A DNA stretch of 63,090 nucleotides, the filler included, from Hausera hauseri (Eukaryota), in NCBI GenBank assembly GCA_046269625.1. It is 11 parts of 11 records of this genome, joined end to end, with 100 filler letters (N's around TTAATTAATTAA, not from the genome) between each part and the next. Parts side by side here need not be neighbours in the genome. Positions count along the whole stretch, not along the records: positions 26,097 to 30,863 come from JBJURY010443690.1; positions 30,964 to 38,905 come from JBJURY010859855.1; 9 more parts are not named here. One strand, 5' to 3'. The notes under the pieces are model-generated. The model did no database searches and was not told the origin of the DNA. It was given only the letters and a program-made list of their open reading frames with translations. Both the position numbers and the translations under genes were made by a program. Below are positions 26,104-37,309 of this stretch, in pieces. Numbering within the stretch: the stretch's first letter is position 1; every line of letters begins with the position of its first letter.

Positions 26104-28014
26104 ATGCCATCTATGGCAACATTCTTCTTCTTAGCTCTTCTTTCTTTGTCCGGTTGCGTACCGCTGGATTTCCGCCAACGGTCGCCACCTTCGTCTGTTA
26201 CACCCTTGAGTACCAAGGGTGTATACCCCGTCATCTTTGAAGACGCGGGTAAATTAGCTCTGTCCAATGCATTTCTCCACATCCTCATCCCACTTAACTT
26301 GACTAAAATCAGGCTAGACATCGACAATGTTCAAGAAATCCTCAAGAATGCAGTTGCAAATGACCATTCTCTCTTTTCTGTCAATTCGTACTACGACAAC
26401 CTCATTAAAATCAATGAGGACAACACAGACGCCACTAACAACTTCATGTCTCGGCTCTGCGAAATTAGAAAGAAATTTGTCAACATGTGTAACCTTCTTC
26501 CTGACAGTAAGCAAGTCACATTGGACGAGTCTTTATTCATGGCCAACCCTTCTCTAATGCCACTGGCTCCGCTTCGAAAGAAACGTAACCTGGCACTTCT
26601 CTTACCATTCCTCAAAGAGGCGGTTGGCACATTTTGGGGTTTATTTGGTACACCCGCTTTGTCTGCGCTTATGTCATCAGTCGCTTCTGGTCAGCGACCT
26701 AACAACGTGCTTTTGGCTATCTCTACAGATAACATGAAGCGCGTCTCGACAGTGGTACAAAAAATAGCTGGAACAATCAATGGCACTCAATCATTGATTA
26801 ATAAAAATCGAGAATACTTCCAGTCATACCCCATCTATTCCGAAGCCGTCAACACCCTCGAGCGAGAAGTCACCAAAGTGGTTAACGTCATCCAACAGCT
26901 CAATAACCACAGACTATCGGTAGACTGGCTCTCTGAAAAGGAAGTTCGTGCTATCCACAGAAGCATTGAAACATTCGCCAGGGCAAATGACATCTCCCCT
27001 TTGACATCAGCCTGGTCGGACTATTTCCAAATTGAGACCTCGTACGTCAGGGATGGCTTTGACGTCACAGCTATTCTTCATGTTCCTTGTGCCGCAGGGA
27101 AAGAACTCCTTTCCCTTCTTCGCTTTGTTCCTGCTCCTATCCAGCTCCCTTCTCACGAGCGATCTTTCAAAACTATTTCTGCTACCTTCATGTCGCAAAT
27201 CCAGTACCCCATTACTGAAACATTCACTGAGGCTCTTTACATCAAACCTGAGGCCGACCTCATTGCTATTGGATCTTCTACTTCCTACAAGACCCTTTCG
27301 CTTGATGATCTCGATGCTTGCATCAAGAAAAACAGTATCTATATTTGCGACAAACCTAACTTCCTTCGCACAAAATTGTCCAATTCCTGTGTCGGTGCTC
27401 TCTATGAGAAAAATAAGGAAGCTACTCTACGACATTGTCATTACGAAAAACGCCCTTTCACTGAAGCTGTGTTCCAAATTGAACCATCCACCTTCATCGT
27501 CTTTTCTCCAGACAAATTCACAGCTCGTTTTTCCTGTCGTAAAAATTCTTACACTGCTGATATCACCGAAGCTAATAGAATTTTTCTAGCTCCAGATTGC
27601 ACCCTACCACTCCAAGATCACATCCTCATGTCTTCCAACCACTACACCATGGCTGGCGACACAGAAATAACGAACTGGGAATTCGATCCTCTTCAGGCTC
27701 CCGTGGGAAGACTCATCGACAATGGTGAACTCCTCCTGTCAGAGACAACGACAACCGAGCCCCCGCTGATTGACCCGACGATATACGCAACTAACGAAGA
27801 ATTGTACCACGCGATCCTCGCATTGGCCTCAACATCCTTCCTCGCCATCTTGTACCCACTCTTCTTGGTCTGCAAATGTCTGACGCATCATTGCCGCCGC
27901 AACGAACCATCCAACGAATGGCGTAACATTCCTCGGGTCACAGAGGTTCCTATGACACAAGTCTACGCAAACCATCCTCCAATAGTGCCACGACACTCAG
28001 TAAATAAACAATAA
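26104..28014 (+). CDS. env: Intact envelope protein, class I fusogen (errantivirus env / baculovirus F-like architecture)
   Basis: N-terminal signal peptide, furin site RKKR followed by hydrophobic NLALLLPFLKEAVGTFWGLFG, heptad region, Cys-rich ectodomain, C-terminal TM; 636 aa with no lesion. Confidence 0.85.
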   Translation: MPSMATFFFLALLSLSGCVPLDFRQRSPPSSVTPLSTKGVYPVIFEDAGKLALSNAFLHILIPLNLTKIRLDIDNVQEILKNAVANDHSLFSVNSYYDNLIKINEDNTDATNNFMSRLCEIRKKFVNMCNLLPDSKQVTLDESLFMANPSLMPLAPLRKKRNLALLLPFLKEAVGTFWGLFGTPALSALMSSVASGQRPNNVLLAISTDNMKRVSTVVQKIAGTINGTQSLINKNREYFQSYPIYSEAVNTLEREVTKVVNVIQQLNNHRLSVDWLSEKEVRAIHRSIETFARANDISPLTSAWSDYFQIETSYVRDGFDVTAILHVPCAAGKELLSLLRFVPAPIQLPSHERSFKTISATFMSQIQYPITETFTEALYIKPEADLIAIGSSTSYKTLSLDDLDACIKKNSIYICDKPNFLRTKLSNSCVGALYEKNKEATLRHCHYEKRPFTEAVFQIEPSTFIVFSPDKFTARFSCRKNSYTADITEANRIFLAPDCTLPLQDHILMSSNHYTMAGDTEITNWEFDPLQAPVGRLIDNGELLLSETTTTEPPLIDPTIYATNEELYHAILALASTSFLAILYPLFLVCKCLTHHCRRNEPSNEWRNIPRVTEVPMTQVYANHPPIVPRHSVNKQ

Positions 28015-28271
28015 CATTATATTTTGCAGGTCAAATTATGAATGTTGTGTGGTTTTCCCCTGGGTAGAGCAAATTGTATTAACTAGTGGCTAGGCTATGT
28101 TATATAAAATCCCAGTTTTCCCACCATTGAAGTGGCATTCATAATAGAAGAATCTTATTTTGACCATTAAAGATAAGGTCCTTTATTTTATTTACAGTTT
28201 TGTGTGCTTTACTGTATCCTTGTGTTTCACTATCACTTTAAGAGCAAGGCTCTTTTTCAACCGGGGACGAA

Positions 28272-28673
28272 TATCACGTAAATCGTGATAGCCATTTTTC
28301 CAAATGACGACGGATCAACCATTCCTCTGATCCTAGTTGTAGATACCATCTTCAACCATTTTAGCATCTTGCTATTCATCATAAATTCCATCTTTATGAT
28401 TACTGAACAACCCCACTTTTCATTCCTTCAAAGTGACCGCCTGTTCACACACTTTTCTCTGGACCACCTTCCTGGCCCGCAATCTTTCTTCAACCATCTT
28501 TTGGTCCACTCTTGGTCCAAACTTTCCCGCCTCACTTTTCCAGTTGATCCGTGTATCATCTATAAATAGTGATGCTTTGTAATAAACAGTATCTTAGTCT
28601 GATTCGTGTTTTCATTACGGAAAGGTCTAAACAGCTTCGTGCTCCGAACTCAGTCCGAGCACTTCACGTGTTA
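28272..28673 (+). repeat. Single LTR between env and gag
   Basis: Preceded by purine tract ggggacgaa; termini TATCACG...CGTGTTA; TATA box ~28560 and AATAAA ~28581; followed by a PBS. Confidence 0.7.
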
Positions 28674-28674
28674 T

Positions 28675-28685
28675 TGGTGGCAGCG
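28675..28685 (+). promoter_or_regulatory. Primer-binding site, tRNA-Leu type
   Basis: TGGTGGCAGCG is complementary to a tRNA-Leu 3' end (..CGCTGCCACCA). Confidence 0.7.
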
Positions 28686-28846
28686 TCTAGCCTTATCGCC
28701 TGTGGGAGATAAGGGCCGAACCTCCATCAACCCCCGAAGAACGCCTACGTCGTCAAGCCGCTCACGCTTACCAATTGCTTTTTTCAAAGCACGCTTTCGC
28801 TCTTCATTTGCTTTTCTCAAAGCACTGCTTTTTTCAAAGCAACATC

Positions 28847-29794
28847 ATGGCGCAACAGCAAAATCTTGCAGACACTGCCAAGATTCCCTTGTTTTATAGA
28901 GATAAAACAAAAGACACGCTCAACAGCCGAACATGGCTTGATCGGGTTGAGCAGGCTGCCGTGGTACAGAATTGGAACGACCAGCAGAAAATTATGGCCG
29001 CTTCCTGCGCCCTTCGAGGCATTGCGCAAGATTGGTATGAGGTAGAGATAAAAACGCTTCCCCAACCCACTTGGTCGCTTTTTAGAGAACGTTTCCTTGG
29101 CCTTACAATTCACGATACCCTTCAGTATAAAGGCGGTCAGATATGGCCTAACATTTTAAATGCCCACAAAGAAAAAGATATCACAACTTCTTATTTAAAG
29201 CTTGCTAAGAATATAATTCGTTACAATGAGACCCTCCCTGTTTTTGCATTTAATAATTCCATTCTGGCACCCGCTACTGCTCAATCTGCCGGGGTCTCTG
29301 CCCTCACAGCCGTGGAACGTCAGATGTTCACAAACGACATCGTCAACGCGGTCCGCAACGCCGACATGAACACAACGGCGATGAGCATCTTCTTCTGCAC
29401 CCTGCCTGAAGATGTCCGCAAGTTCCTCCTTGCCAGGCCTGAGTACCCAGACCTGATTCAACTCAAAAGTGCAGTCGAGACCTTCATCCACAACACGTCC
29501 GCGGCTGCCTCTTCTGTCAACGCTGTGGACGACGTCGACGCCATCAGACGCCGCCAAGCAACCAAAAATGCCAAGCCAGAGCAGCGCCGCAACCTCACCT
29601 GTTTCTACTGCTCGAAAAAAGGTCATGGTCAGCAAGAATGCCGCAAACGTGCACGGGACGGAGCCGACATGATCAAACCTCCGCCAAGACCGGCTAACAA
29701 CCAGGGACAGCAACGAAACAAGGTGAATGAAACTTCAGAAACTCCATCTGTCAATTCGCTTTTCCAAACTCATGGTACCCATTTAAACTATTAG
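28847..29794 (+). CDS. gag: Ty3/Gypsy Gag (intact)
   Basis: KIPLF...WLDRVEQAA...W...LRGIAQDWY capsid motif; CFYCSKKGHGQQEC knuckle. Confidence 0.92.
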   Translation: MAQQQNLADTAKIPLFYRDKTKDTLNSRTWLDRVEQAAVVQNWNDQQKIMAASCALRGIAQDWYEVEIKTLPQPTWSLFRERFLGLTIHDTLQYKGGQIWPNILNAHKEKDITTSYLKLAKNIIRYNETLPVFAFNNSILAPATAQSAGVSALTAVERQMFTNDIVNAVRNADMNTTAMSIFFCTLPEDVRKFLLARPEYPDLIQLKSAVETFIHNTSAAASSVNAVDDVDAIRRRQATKNAKPEQRRNLTCFYCSKKGHGQQECRKRARDGADMIKPPPRPANNQGQQRNKVNETSETPSVNSLFQTHGTHLNY

Positions 29795-29826
29795 GGAGTG
29801 GTGCCTATCCCGGTAACCACCACTCC
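29782..29826 (+). promoter_or_regulatory. -1 programmed ribosomal frameshift signal (T TTA AAC + 6-nt spacer + 9-bp stem)
   Basis: The heptamer is in the correct gag phase; GGAGTGGTG (29795-29803) pairs with CACCACTCC (29818-29826); pol is open in the -1 frame. Confidence 0.88.
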
Positions 29827-30863
29827 GTTTGCGCTATAACCAATTCTAATGCCCAAATAAATGCAATTAGACCTTATGTTAATCTTTCTGTGGGGAGAAC
29901 TTCGGGCAATTGGTTATATGACACCGGGGCCGCTGTGTCGGTCATGTCACTTAATTACTTTAGAAAATTAGATATTAAGGGAACTCGATGCCCAAACATT
30001 GGGGTTTTGGCATCAGCCAACACATCCTCCATGGATGTTGTTGATCGTAGAATTCTGCCCATCACCTATGATGGCAGAACACATGAGATCTCAGTGTACA
30101 TTGTTAAAACACTGAATGAGAAAGCGATAGCCGGTATTGACCTTATTGAAAGTCTCGGGATCTGCTACGACCCGAGGAGTAAGTCTTTTGTTTCAGCTGT
30201 CGCCCACATGCCCACATCACACGTGGTCCACACTGCCCAAGAGGTCCTGTTGTACCCTCTTGAGGCCCGTCCGTGCAAATTGAAACTGTCCAACTGGGAT
30301 CCGCACGACACCATTGCATCGGTCGACATCTCAGCTGACGGTTTGGAAGGCCTCTTCGCCAGTGAAGGAGTTTCTACAGTGTTCGAGGACAACATGACAG
30401 TGTTCCTCCTCAAGAACTGCAGTGGACAGGAACTTCGCATTCCCCGGGGCTTCCCTGTTGGGTTCGCGGACCATGTCGGTGAAATTAGTGCTGTCAAGAC
30501 TCAAGAATTCCTGGACATCAAGACTTCATTTCCAGAACCCATGACGGATGAGTTACGTAAGCAATTCCTTTCCAAATTACATTTAAATGTACCTGTGGGG
30601 CAGCATATGGCTTATGAAGAATTGCTTTGTAAGAATCATGATATTTTTAGCAGATCTCCTGAAGATCTTGGTAAAGCATCTCATTTTATGCACACCATTG
30701 AGTTAGACAATCATAACCCTGTTTATAGAAAACAGTTCCAAATTCCTGAGCAGCATTCTAATGCGCTTAAAGCTCAGGTCAAAGAATGGCTCAAAATCGG
30801 CATTATTGAGCCCTGTCATAGCAGATATAATTCTGCTATTTTTGCCGTGCCTAAAAAAGGAGG
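29788..30863 (+). CDS. pol: Ty3/Gypsy Pol (protease, start of RT), cut by the linker
   Basis: WLYDTGAAVS, AIAGIDLI, DLGKA...HTIEL, WLKIGIIEPCHSRYNSAIFAVPKK; no lesions. Confidence 0.92.
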
Positions 30864-31119
30864 NNNNNNNNNNNNNNNNNNNNNNNNNNNNNNNNNNNNN
30901 NNNNNNNTTAATTAATTAANNNNNNNNNNNNNNNNNNNNNNNNNNNNNNNNNNNNNNNNNNNNCTTGATGTATCAAAACAAATGTAACTCGTTGATAATA
31001 TAAATGCAATACTATGGCATCATTACGTGATAAGTTCATGCGTTTGATGCATTAAACCAAATGTGCCGTACGTTGACAATACAAGTGCAACATGTTGGCA
31101 ACGCTGCCTAATTTACACT

Positions 31120-32030
31120 ACCATTAAAATATGCAATATGGCTAATATGTGGGGTAATATATATGCGATATGGCCAATACATTGGTTATATGTATGTAAT
31201 GTATAGTAAAATATGCATGTGATATGGCTAAAGTGTAAGTAGCATAGATGAAATTTAGGTAATATCTAGGTTATACTGGTATAATATATAACTAATATGG
31301 GTGAAATGGAGGTAATATCTAGGTGACTTGGGTAAATGTGGGGTAATACAGGTAAATTATGTAGGAAATATAGATTAAATGTAGGTCATATACAAGTTAT
31401 ATGAGTGATATATGTAAAATATAGGTGAATTTCAGCTAATTCATGCAAATTATAGGCAACATATCAGTAAATAACAGGAAATATATTTGTAATACAGGTA
31501 GAATATGTGATTGTGTGGGTAATACAAGTAAATTATAGGTAGAATATAGGCATTATATGGGAAATATGTGGGAAATATGGATGATATGTAGGCGATATAG
31601 GCATATATATGAGGAATATATTGATGATATAAGGAATATATAAGTAGTATGTTGACAATACAGATAAAATTATGGAGAATACATAAGCAATATATGGGTT
31701 ATATGTAAGAAAAATGCATGTGATGTGTGATGGGTGATATTCAGGTAATATATGGCTTACGTAAGTTATATTTGTGCACGGTAGGTAAAAATACATGTAA
31801 AATATAGGCAAAACATAGGTTACATAAGCAGGAATATATCAGGATTATAATGAATAGGGATGGAATATATGAGGATTATAGAGGAATATACCAAGATAAT
31901 AAGGACTAGGGAAGGAATATAGAAAAAACACACCAAAATAATGAGGGCTAGTGAGGCTGTGTATCACTAATATAGGGAATATATAGAGGGAATATACAAA
32001 ATAATGAGGACTAGTGAGGGAATATACCAT
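31120..32030 (+). repeat. C-poor, strand-skewed low-complexity repeat region
   Basis: Recurrent ggtaatat/atatagg motifs and three copies of a(a/g)ataat(g/a)agg(g/a)ctag. Confidence 0.6.
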
Positions 32031-32118
32031 CCAAGGATGGCCTTTATAGCCAGCTGTCGGATTGTGATATCCGACATTCTGACTACCAGCATTCTCAGAA
32101 TGTCTGGCATGCATTCCA

Positions 32119-33174
32119 ATGCCGTACAATAGGAAATACAGTGATATTTACCTCAAGACGCACGTGCTACTGCTGACAGATGTCTTTAAAAGTTTCAGGG
32201 TTGTAACAGTGAAGAATCATGAATTAAATCAGGCTCATTTTTTTACGGCTCCAGGAATGAGTTGGGCAGCAATGTTGAAATATACCGGCATAAGGCTTCA
32301 GATCATAAAGGATTATTATATGCTCCTTATGATCGAGAGAGGCATAAGAGGTGGAATATGTCAGGCCATTCACCGGTATACCGAGGTCAACAACAATTAT
32401 GTGGCCCAGTATGATCCATCCAAGGAATTCTCATATACATCATACCTGGATGCCAACAACTTGTATGGATGGACAATGAGTGTCCCATTGCCATATGATA
32501 ACTTCAAATGGGTGAAGAAACCTGAAAACTTCTGTATTTCGAATCTGGATCGCATTGGAGATACGAGAAAGTATACTGGAGGTAGATGTATCCGGCTTCT
32601 ATCCACGCAAGGCATCAACGGCTGTCTTTCCTCCCTGAGAGCAGGTTTCCACCCCATGGATAGCAAAGAAAGCTGCTCTGCCATCTGGGTAATAAGAAAG
32701 GTATTTAGTTAACTACATCAATCTCCAGCAGGCAGTTAGACATGAACTTCGTATTACTAAGATCCATAGAGCCCTGCAGTTCAGCCAGTTTATGTGGCTG
32801 CAGTCATACATAGATCTCAATACGAAGCTGCGCACTAAGGCCAAGAAAGACTTTGCGAAAGATCAATTCAAACTATATAATAACTGTTTTTTGGCAAGAC
32901 CATGGAGAATATCCGCAACAGGATCAAAATTGAGCTAGTATGTGACTGGAAGCGGGCAAAGAAGCTAATTGCCAAGCCTAACTTCCATAGCAGCACCATA
33001 TATGCTGAGAACTTGGTAGGCATCAATACTCTGAAAACAACATTGGTATTCAAAAAACCCATATGTGTTGGTATGGCAATATTGGATCTGTCAAAGACCC
33101 TAATGTACAGATTACATTACGATGTAATAGTTCCCAAGTTCAAGTCCATACAGCTGTTTAGTTCTATGCATTAA
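32119..33174 (+). pseudogene. polB: Protein-primed polB fragment, paralog of 220-1705
   Basis: YLKTHVLLLTDVF, IRGGICQAIHRY, YLDANNLYGWTMS, FFGKTMENIRNR, VGMAILDLSK. Confidence 0.9.
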
Positions 33175-35542
33175 ACGTTCCAATGGTCATAAGTACATTC
33201 AAGAAATAACAACTATCCAATCCTTTATTCAAAAATTTAAAAAAAACATTTATATTCAATCATTAATATTCATTTATTTATACAAAAAATACACATGTAC
33301 ATCATACTAAAAGTAAGAAACAGTTTGCAAATTTTTTCAGTGAACTCGAAAGTTTTCTATGACAGCATTATAATTCTACACCTTTTAAAAATACGATTTG
33401 TTGAAGGGAATACTGCCAAAGTGTGAAATGACGTAATCATATCTTGAAATGATGGTTAATGGCCGAACACGTTTGATTTAATAGACGAATTATTTGACGA
33501 TTCTGTCACCTGTGTTGAAAAATTGCTGATCTTCTGTGTTATTGATTGAGAGAAATTGCAGACTGACGAAAAATTATCTCGGTGAGGAAACCGAGCTCAC
33601 CCACGGCCAACGGCGCCACATCACCCCCCCGTGGCAAAAAAGGCTATGTAAGGAAGAAAAGGAATAATAAAGATTATGAGGATGAAAAGTGTTTACCGTC
33701 TAATCGGTTTTAGTATGAGTTAAGCGTTGCGTACTATAACAGTATTTTTCTCTGCTGTAGGTACTGAATGTCACCTTGCGTACTTTGTTGGATAGATTTA
33801 TGATAGAATGTTGAGTGATATTTCCCATGGAGTTTATAGAGAAGATGAGTCGAGCGAGAAGGGTGATGCAATTGGACGTAATGAAAAATCATTTAGAAAG
33901 TCGGTAGAAGTGCTAGCTGAGTTTGAATTGGATGTAGAATTGGTATCTGGAATGTCATCAATGAAGAAAGCAGGCTTTAGATTCGAAATGTGGACGTTGT
34001 AAGGCTTGTTTTGGCGTAAAACGGTAGCTGTGTGAGATGAAAGATTTAGCGGTTTGTATGGGCCAACATATTGAGGTCTAAAATCTGAAGGCGATTGATC
34101 CTTCAACCACACAAACTTGGCGGAATATAAATCCTTAGGAATATAGCATTTGTTGTTGTTAAAAAGGCGACAGAATGAATCTGAGCTGATCTCGACGAAA
34201 TGAGATTGTGCCGCTAGAATGTTTTTGTCTGTAGGGTTGTCGTCGCGATCAAAAAGTTCAAATTAGTCGCGAATTGGACTCCAAAAGAGTGCTTCGGCTG
34301 GAACACAACTGGTAGTGGTCGAAGGTGTGTTGCGCCCCCCTAATAGAACAAAAGGTAGAATGGACGTCCAATTGTGATGAGCGTCAGCCAAGATCTTTAA
34401 AGAGACTTTCATTGTACGATGGAACATTTAAAGAAGAACGTTTGCTTGAGGATGACATGATGTAGTATGAAAATAGAATATTCCCAAGCGTTTGACAAGT
34501 GATTTGAAAAGTTCCGAATCAAATTGTGGACCTTGACCTGTTGTAACGTAACATGGGGAACCAAATCGACTGATCCAGATTTTTATAATGCGTCGGCAAC
34601 TGAATCAGTGTTCGTTGAACGAAGAGGAACGGCTTCAAGGCAGCGAGAAGCACGATCCATCATGGTAAGTATATGTTGATATCCGTTGTCTGAAGGTAAA
34701 TGACCAACTAGATCAAGATGAACCGTATGGAAACGTGATGTACAGGGAAAATGGTACAGCGGCAAGTTAAGGTGTTTGTTGATTTTGTATTTTTGACAGG
34801 CTACGCATTCTTTCACCCAGTCCTGTACATCTTTGCGCATTGATGGCCATACTACATTACGTTTAAGCAGGCGAAAGGTTGCTTTCGAACCTGGATGATG
34901 GAATGAATGCGTATGAACAAAAGCTGGCTTTTGTAAAGGTGGTGCTAGAATGACTTTTTTATTACCTGTATTAGACGTATAAAAGCAATTCCATCAATGA
35001 TCTCGAAGGATTTGAAGGAACTGAGGAAATCAGCAGATGGTTGATTGGCCTTTAAGACTTCAGATTAGAAAATCGGCTTAAATATAATGGATCCAACTGA
35101 CCTCGATAAAAAGTCAGATACCAAATTATCTGTACCTGAGATATATTCCAAAGCAAAACGGAACGTAGACAGGTATGATATATGTCTCTCTTGCCTCGGC
35201 GATGGCTCTTTTAACGACATTATTGCAGCAGAGGCTTATGGTCAGTTTGAATGACGAATGCACGAGAGAGAAGTAAGTGTTTGAGGTGTTTTACTGCCAG
35301 AACTATGGCTAGTAACTTACAGTCAAATGTGGAGTAACGGCTCTCAGGTTGTGTTAGTTTCCTAGAATAAAATTCTAGTGGCTCGTCGACACCATTAAGG
35401 ATCTGGTGTAGTACAGAGCCAGTGGCTGTGGTTGAGGCATCGGTTGTAAGAATAAGATCTGTCTTGGCTTTCGGATAAGCCAGTATTTCTACGGTTTAAA
35501 ACCTTCGCGCAAGTGATCAAGCTTGGTTACCAAATCAGGAGT

Positions 35543-36784
35543 TCAGTGGATCAACTGCCTCTTTTTTCCGGATGATAGATGTGCGAAAGGTGCTGTAAGA
35601 TCTGGGCAATGTGGTACGTATTTGTGGATGAAGCGGAGTGTGCCTAAGAAACTTCTCATGTCAGTGGTAGTTGTTGGTAGAGTTATGTTCTTCAATTGTT
35701 GTATTCGATTCGGTTGTGGAGAGTGGCCGTTAGGAGTGATGATGTGACCTAGGAAATTAACACGATTTTGAAAGAAATGACAATTGGCGAAGTTGACTTG
35801 CAAATTGCTATGATGTAACCTGTGAAAGATAATATGTAGGTGTTCTTGATGTTGTTTGAGGGGCGTAGAGGCAACTAATATGTCATCAATATATGGATGA
35901 GCGAAGTCTAGGCCTGAGAGTACGGTATCAATGTGCCGTTTGAAAGTTTGAAAAGCACTGCGTAAACCAAATGGCATAATGATATATTCGTAGAGGCCAA
36001 ATGGAGTAATAATGGCTGTTTTTGGAATATCATTAGGTGCAACAGGAATTTGATGATATGCCTTATGAAAGTCAGTTGTGGAGTACGTGTTAGTGTTGTT
36101 AAGACTGTGCAGGATGTCATTTATGAGAGGTAAAGGGTAAGCATCCAGGATTGTTAAATTATTTAACTGCCGATAATCACCACATGGTCTGTATGTGCCA
36201 TCTTTCTTCGTCACAACATGCAAAAGCGATGCCAATGGTGTTTTGGATTGTAGAATAATGCTCGCCTTTTCGAGTTCATTGAACTCTGATTCAACAGCTC
36301 TTAGTCTGCGAGGTAAAAGTCGTCTTACATTTTGTCTGATAGGTCTTTGGTGTTCGGTGACTATGTGGTGATATGTTGTAGAATGCGTCTTGAAATTGAT
36401 ATCCTTTTTTAAAGTACGGGAACAAGAAGTTTTAACGTAGGATTTAAGATCAGAACCCAACGATAAGAATGACAAAGGCATATTATTGAAAGAGTCTGTG
36501 GCTATAATTGATGTAGAATGATTGAATAATTCATTATTGACATTCGGTTTAGCCGACTGTTTCAAGATTGATTTGTACCCACTTGACGAGATTGAAAGCA
36601 TTGATAAATTGTTAAGTGCGTTGTTATCAGCCGATGAACAGGATGTCAAATTGACATTTGAATGATCAGAGGAAGACAAAGTGTCCGACTGGTCGTTTGG
36701 TGAGCATTTGTTAGAATTGGCAACGACGTTTCTGCGCAGGAGGCATTTATGCTTGCAGTCGACTAACACATCGTATGCAGCCAA
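35543..36784 (-). CDS. pol: Reverse transcriptase region
   Basis: KKDGTYRPCGDYRQLN, AYHQIPV, KTAIITPFGLYEY, YIDD, VNFLGH. Confidence 0.92.
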   Translation of the reverse strand: MAAYDVLVDCKHKCLLRRNVVANSNKCSPNDQSDTLSSSDHSNVNLTSCSSADNNALNNLSMLSISSSGYKSILKQSAKPNVNNELFNHSTSIIATDSFNNMPLSFLSLGSDLKSYVKTSCSRTLKKDINFKTHSTTYHHIVTEHQRPIRQNVRRLLPRRLRAVESEFNELEKASIILQSKTPLASLLHVVTKKDGTYRPCGDYRQLNNLTILDAYPLPLINDILHSLNNTNTYSTTDFHKAYHQIPVAPNDIPKTAIITPFGLYEYIIMPFGLRSAFQTFKRHIDTVLSGLDFAHPYIDDILVASTPLKQHQEHLHIIFHRLHHSNLQVNFANCHFFQNRVNFLGHIITPNGHSPQPNRIQQLKNITLPTTTTDMRSFLGTLRFIHKYVPHCPDLTAPFAHLSSGKKRQLIH

Positions 36785-37309
36785 GAAATCGGACCCTATT
36801 ATAAGCGATCTGATGTTGGCTGTGTGAAACTTCCATTAGAATTTCCCTGGTAGGTTTGAGAATGTGAAAGTCAGTTTTGTGGCACCTACAATGTTTAAAG
36901 GTCGACCACAGGCAGCGAAAAGTGGATGAGGGAAAACTGTGCTAGATGTAAAAGCGATAGACAAAGGAAGAAGTGAAAAGGCAGATCCTAAATCAATGAG
37001 GAAATCTGTGTGATGTGTCTCCAAATAATAGATCAGCTTTCAACAGAAAGACTGCAGAGGCGGTGTTGGAACGGTCAGTAGTTTGAACGATATTGCCTGT
37101 ACCAGAATGTGCCGTGGCATCTGGTGGCATTATTGGTTTTTTGCGACTTCTTGGTAGAAAGAGGAGGAATGGTGGGTGCGAGGAGGTGAAAAAATGGATA
37201 AAAACTAGAATTATTTTTATAATGTTTACATCCTGGCACTCATGACCTAGCCTTGGATTGATATCTTGTGTAATAAATGCAGATAGGGTTGTCTACTGCA
37301 TAACGTTCG

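Noticed and set aside
26104-29794. env upstream of gag as a novel gene order
   Set aside because: A PPT, LTR and PBS lie between them, so this is a permuted or tandem canonical gag-pol-env.
31533-32129. ORFs in the low-complexity tract
   Set aside because: Composition-driven open frames.
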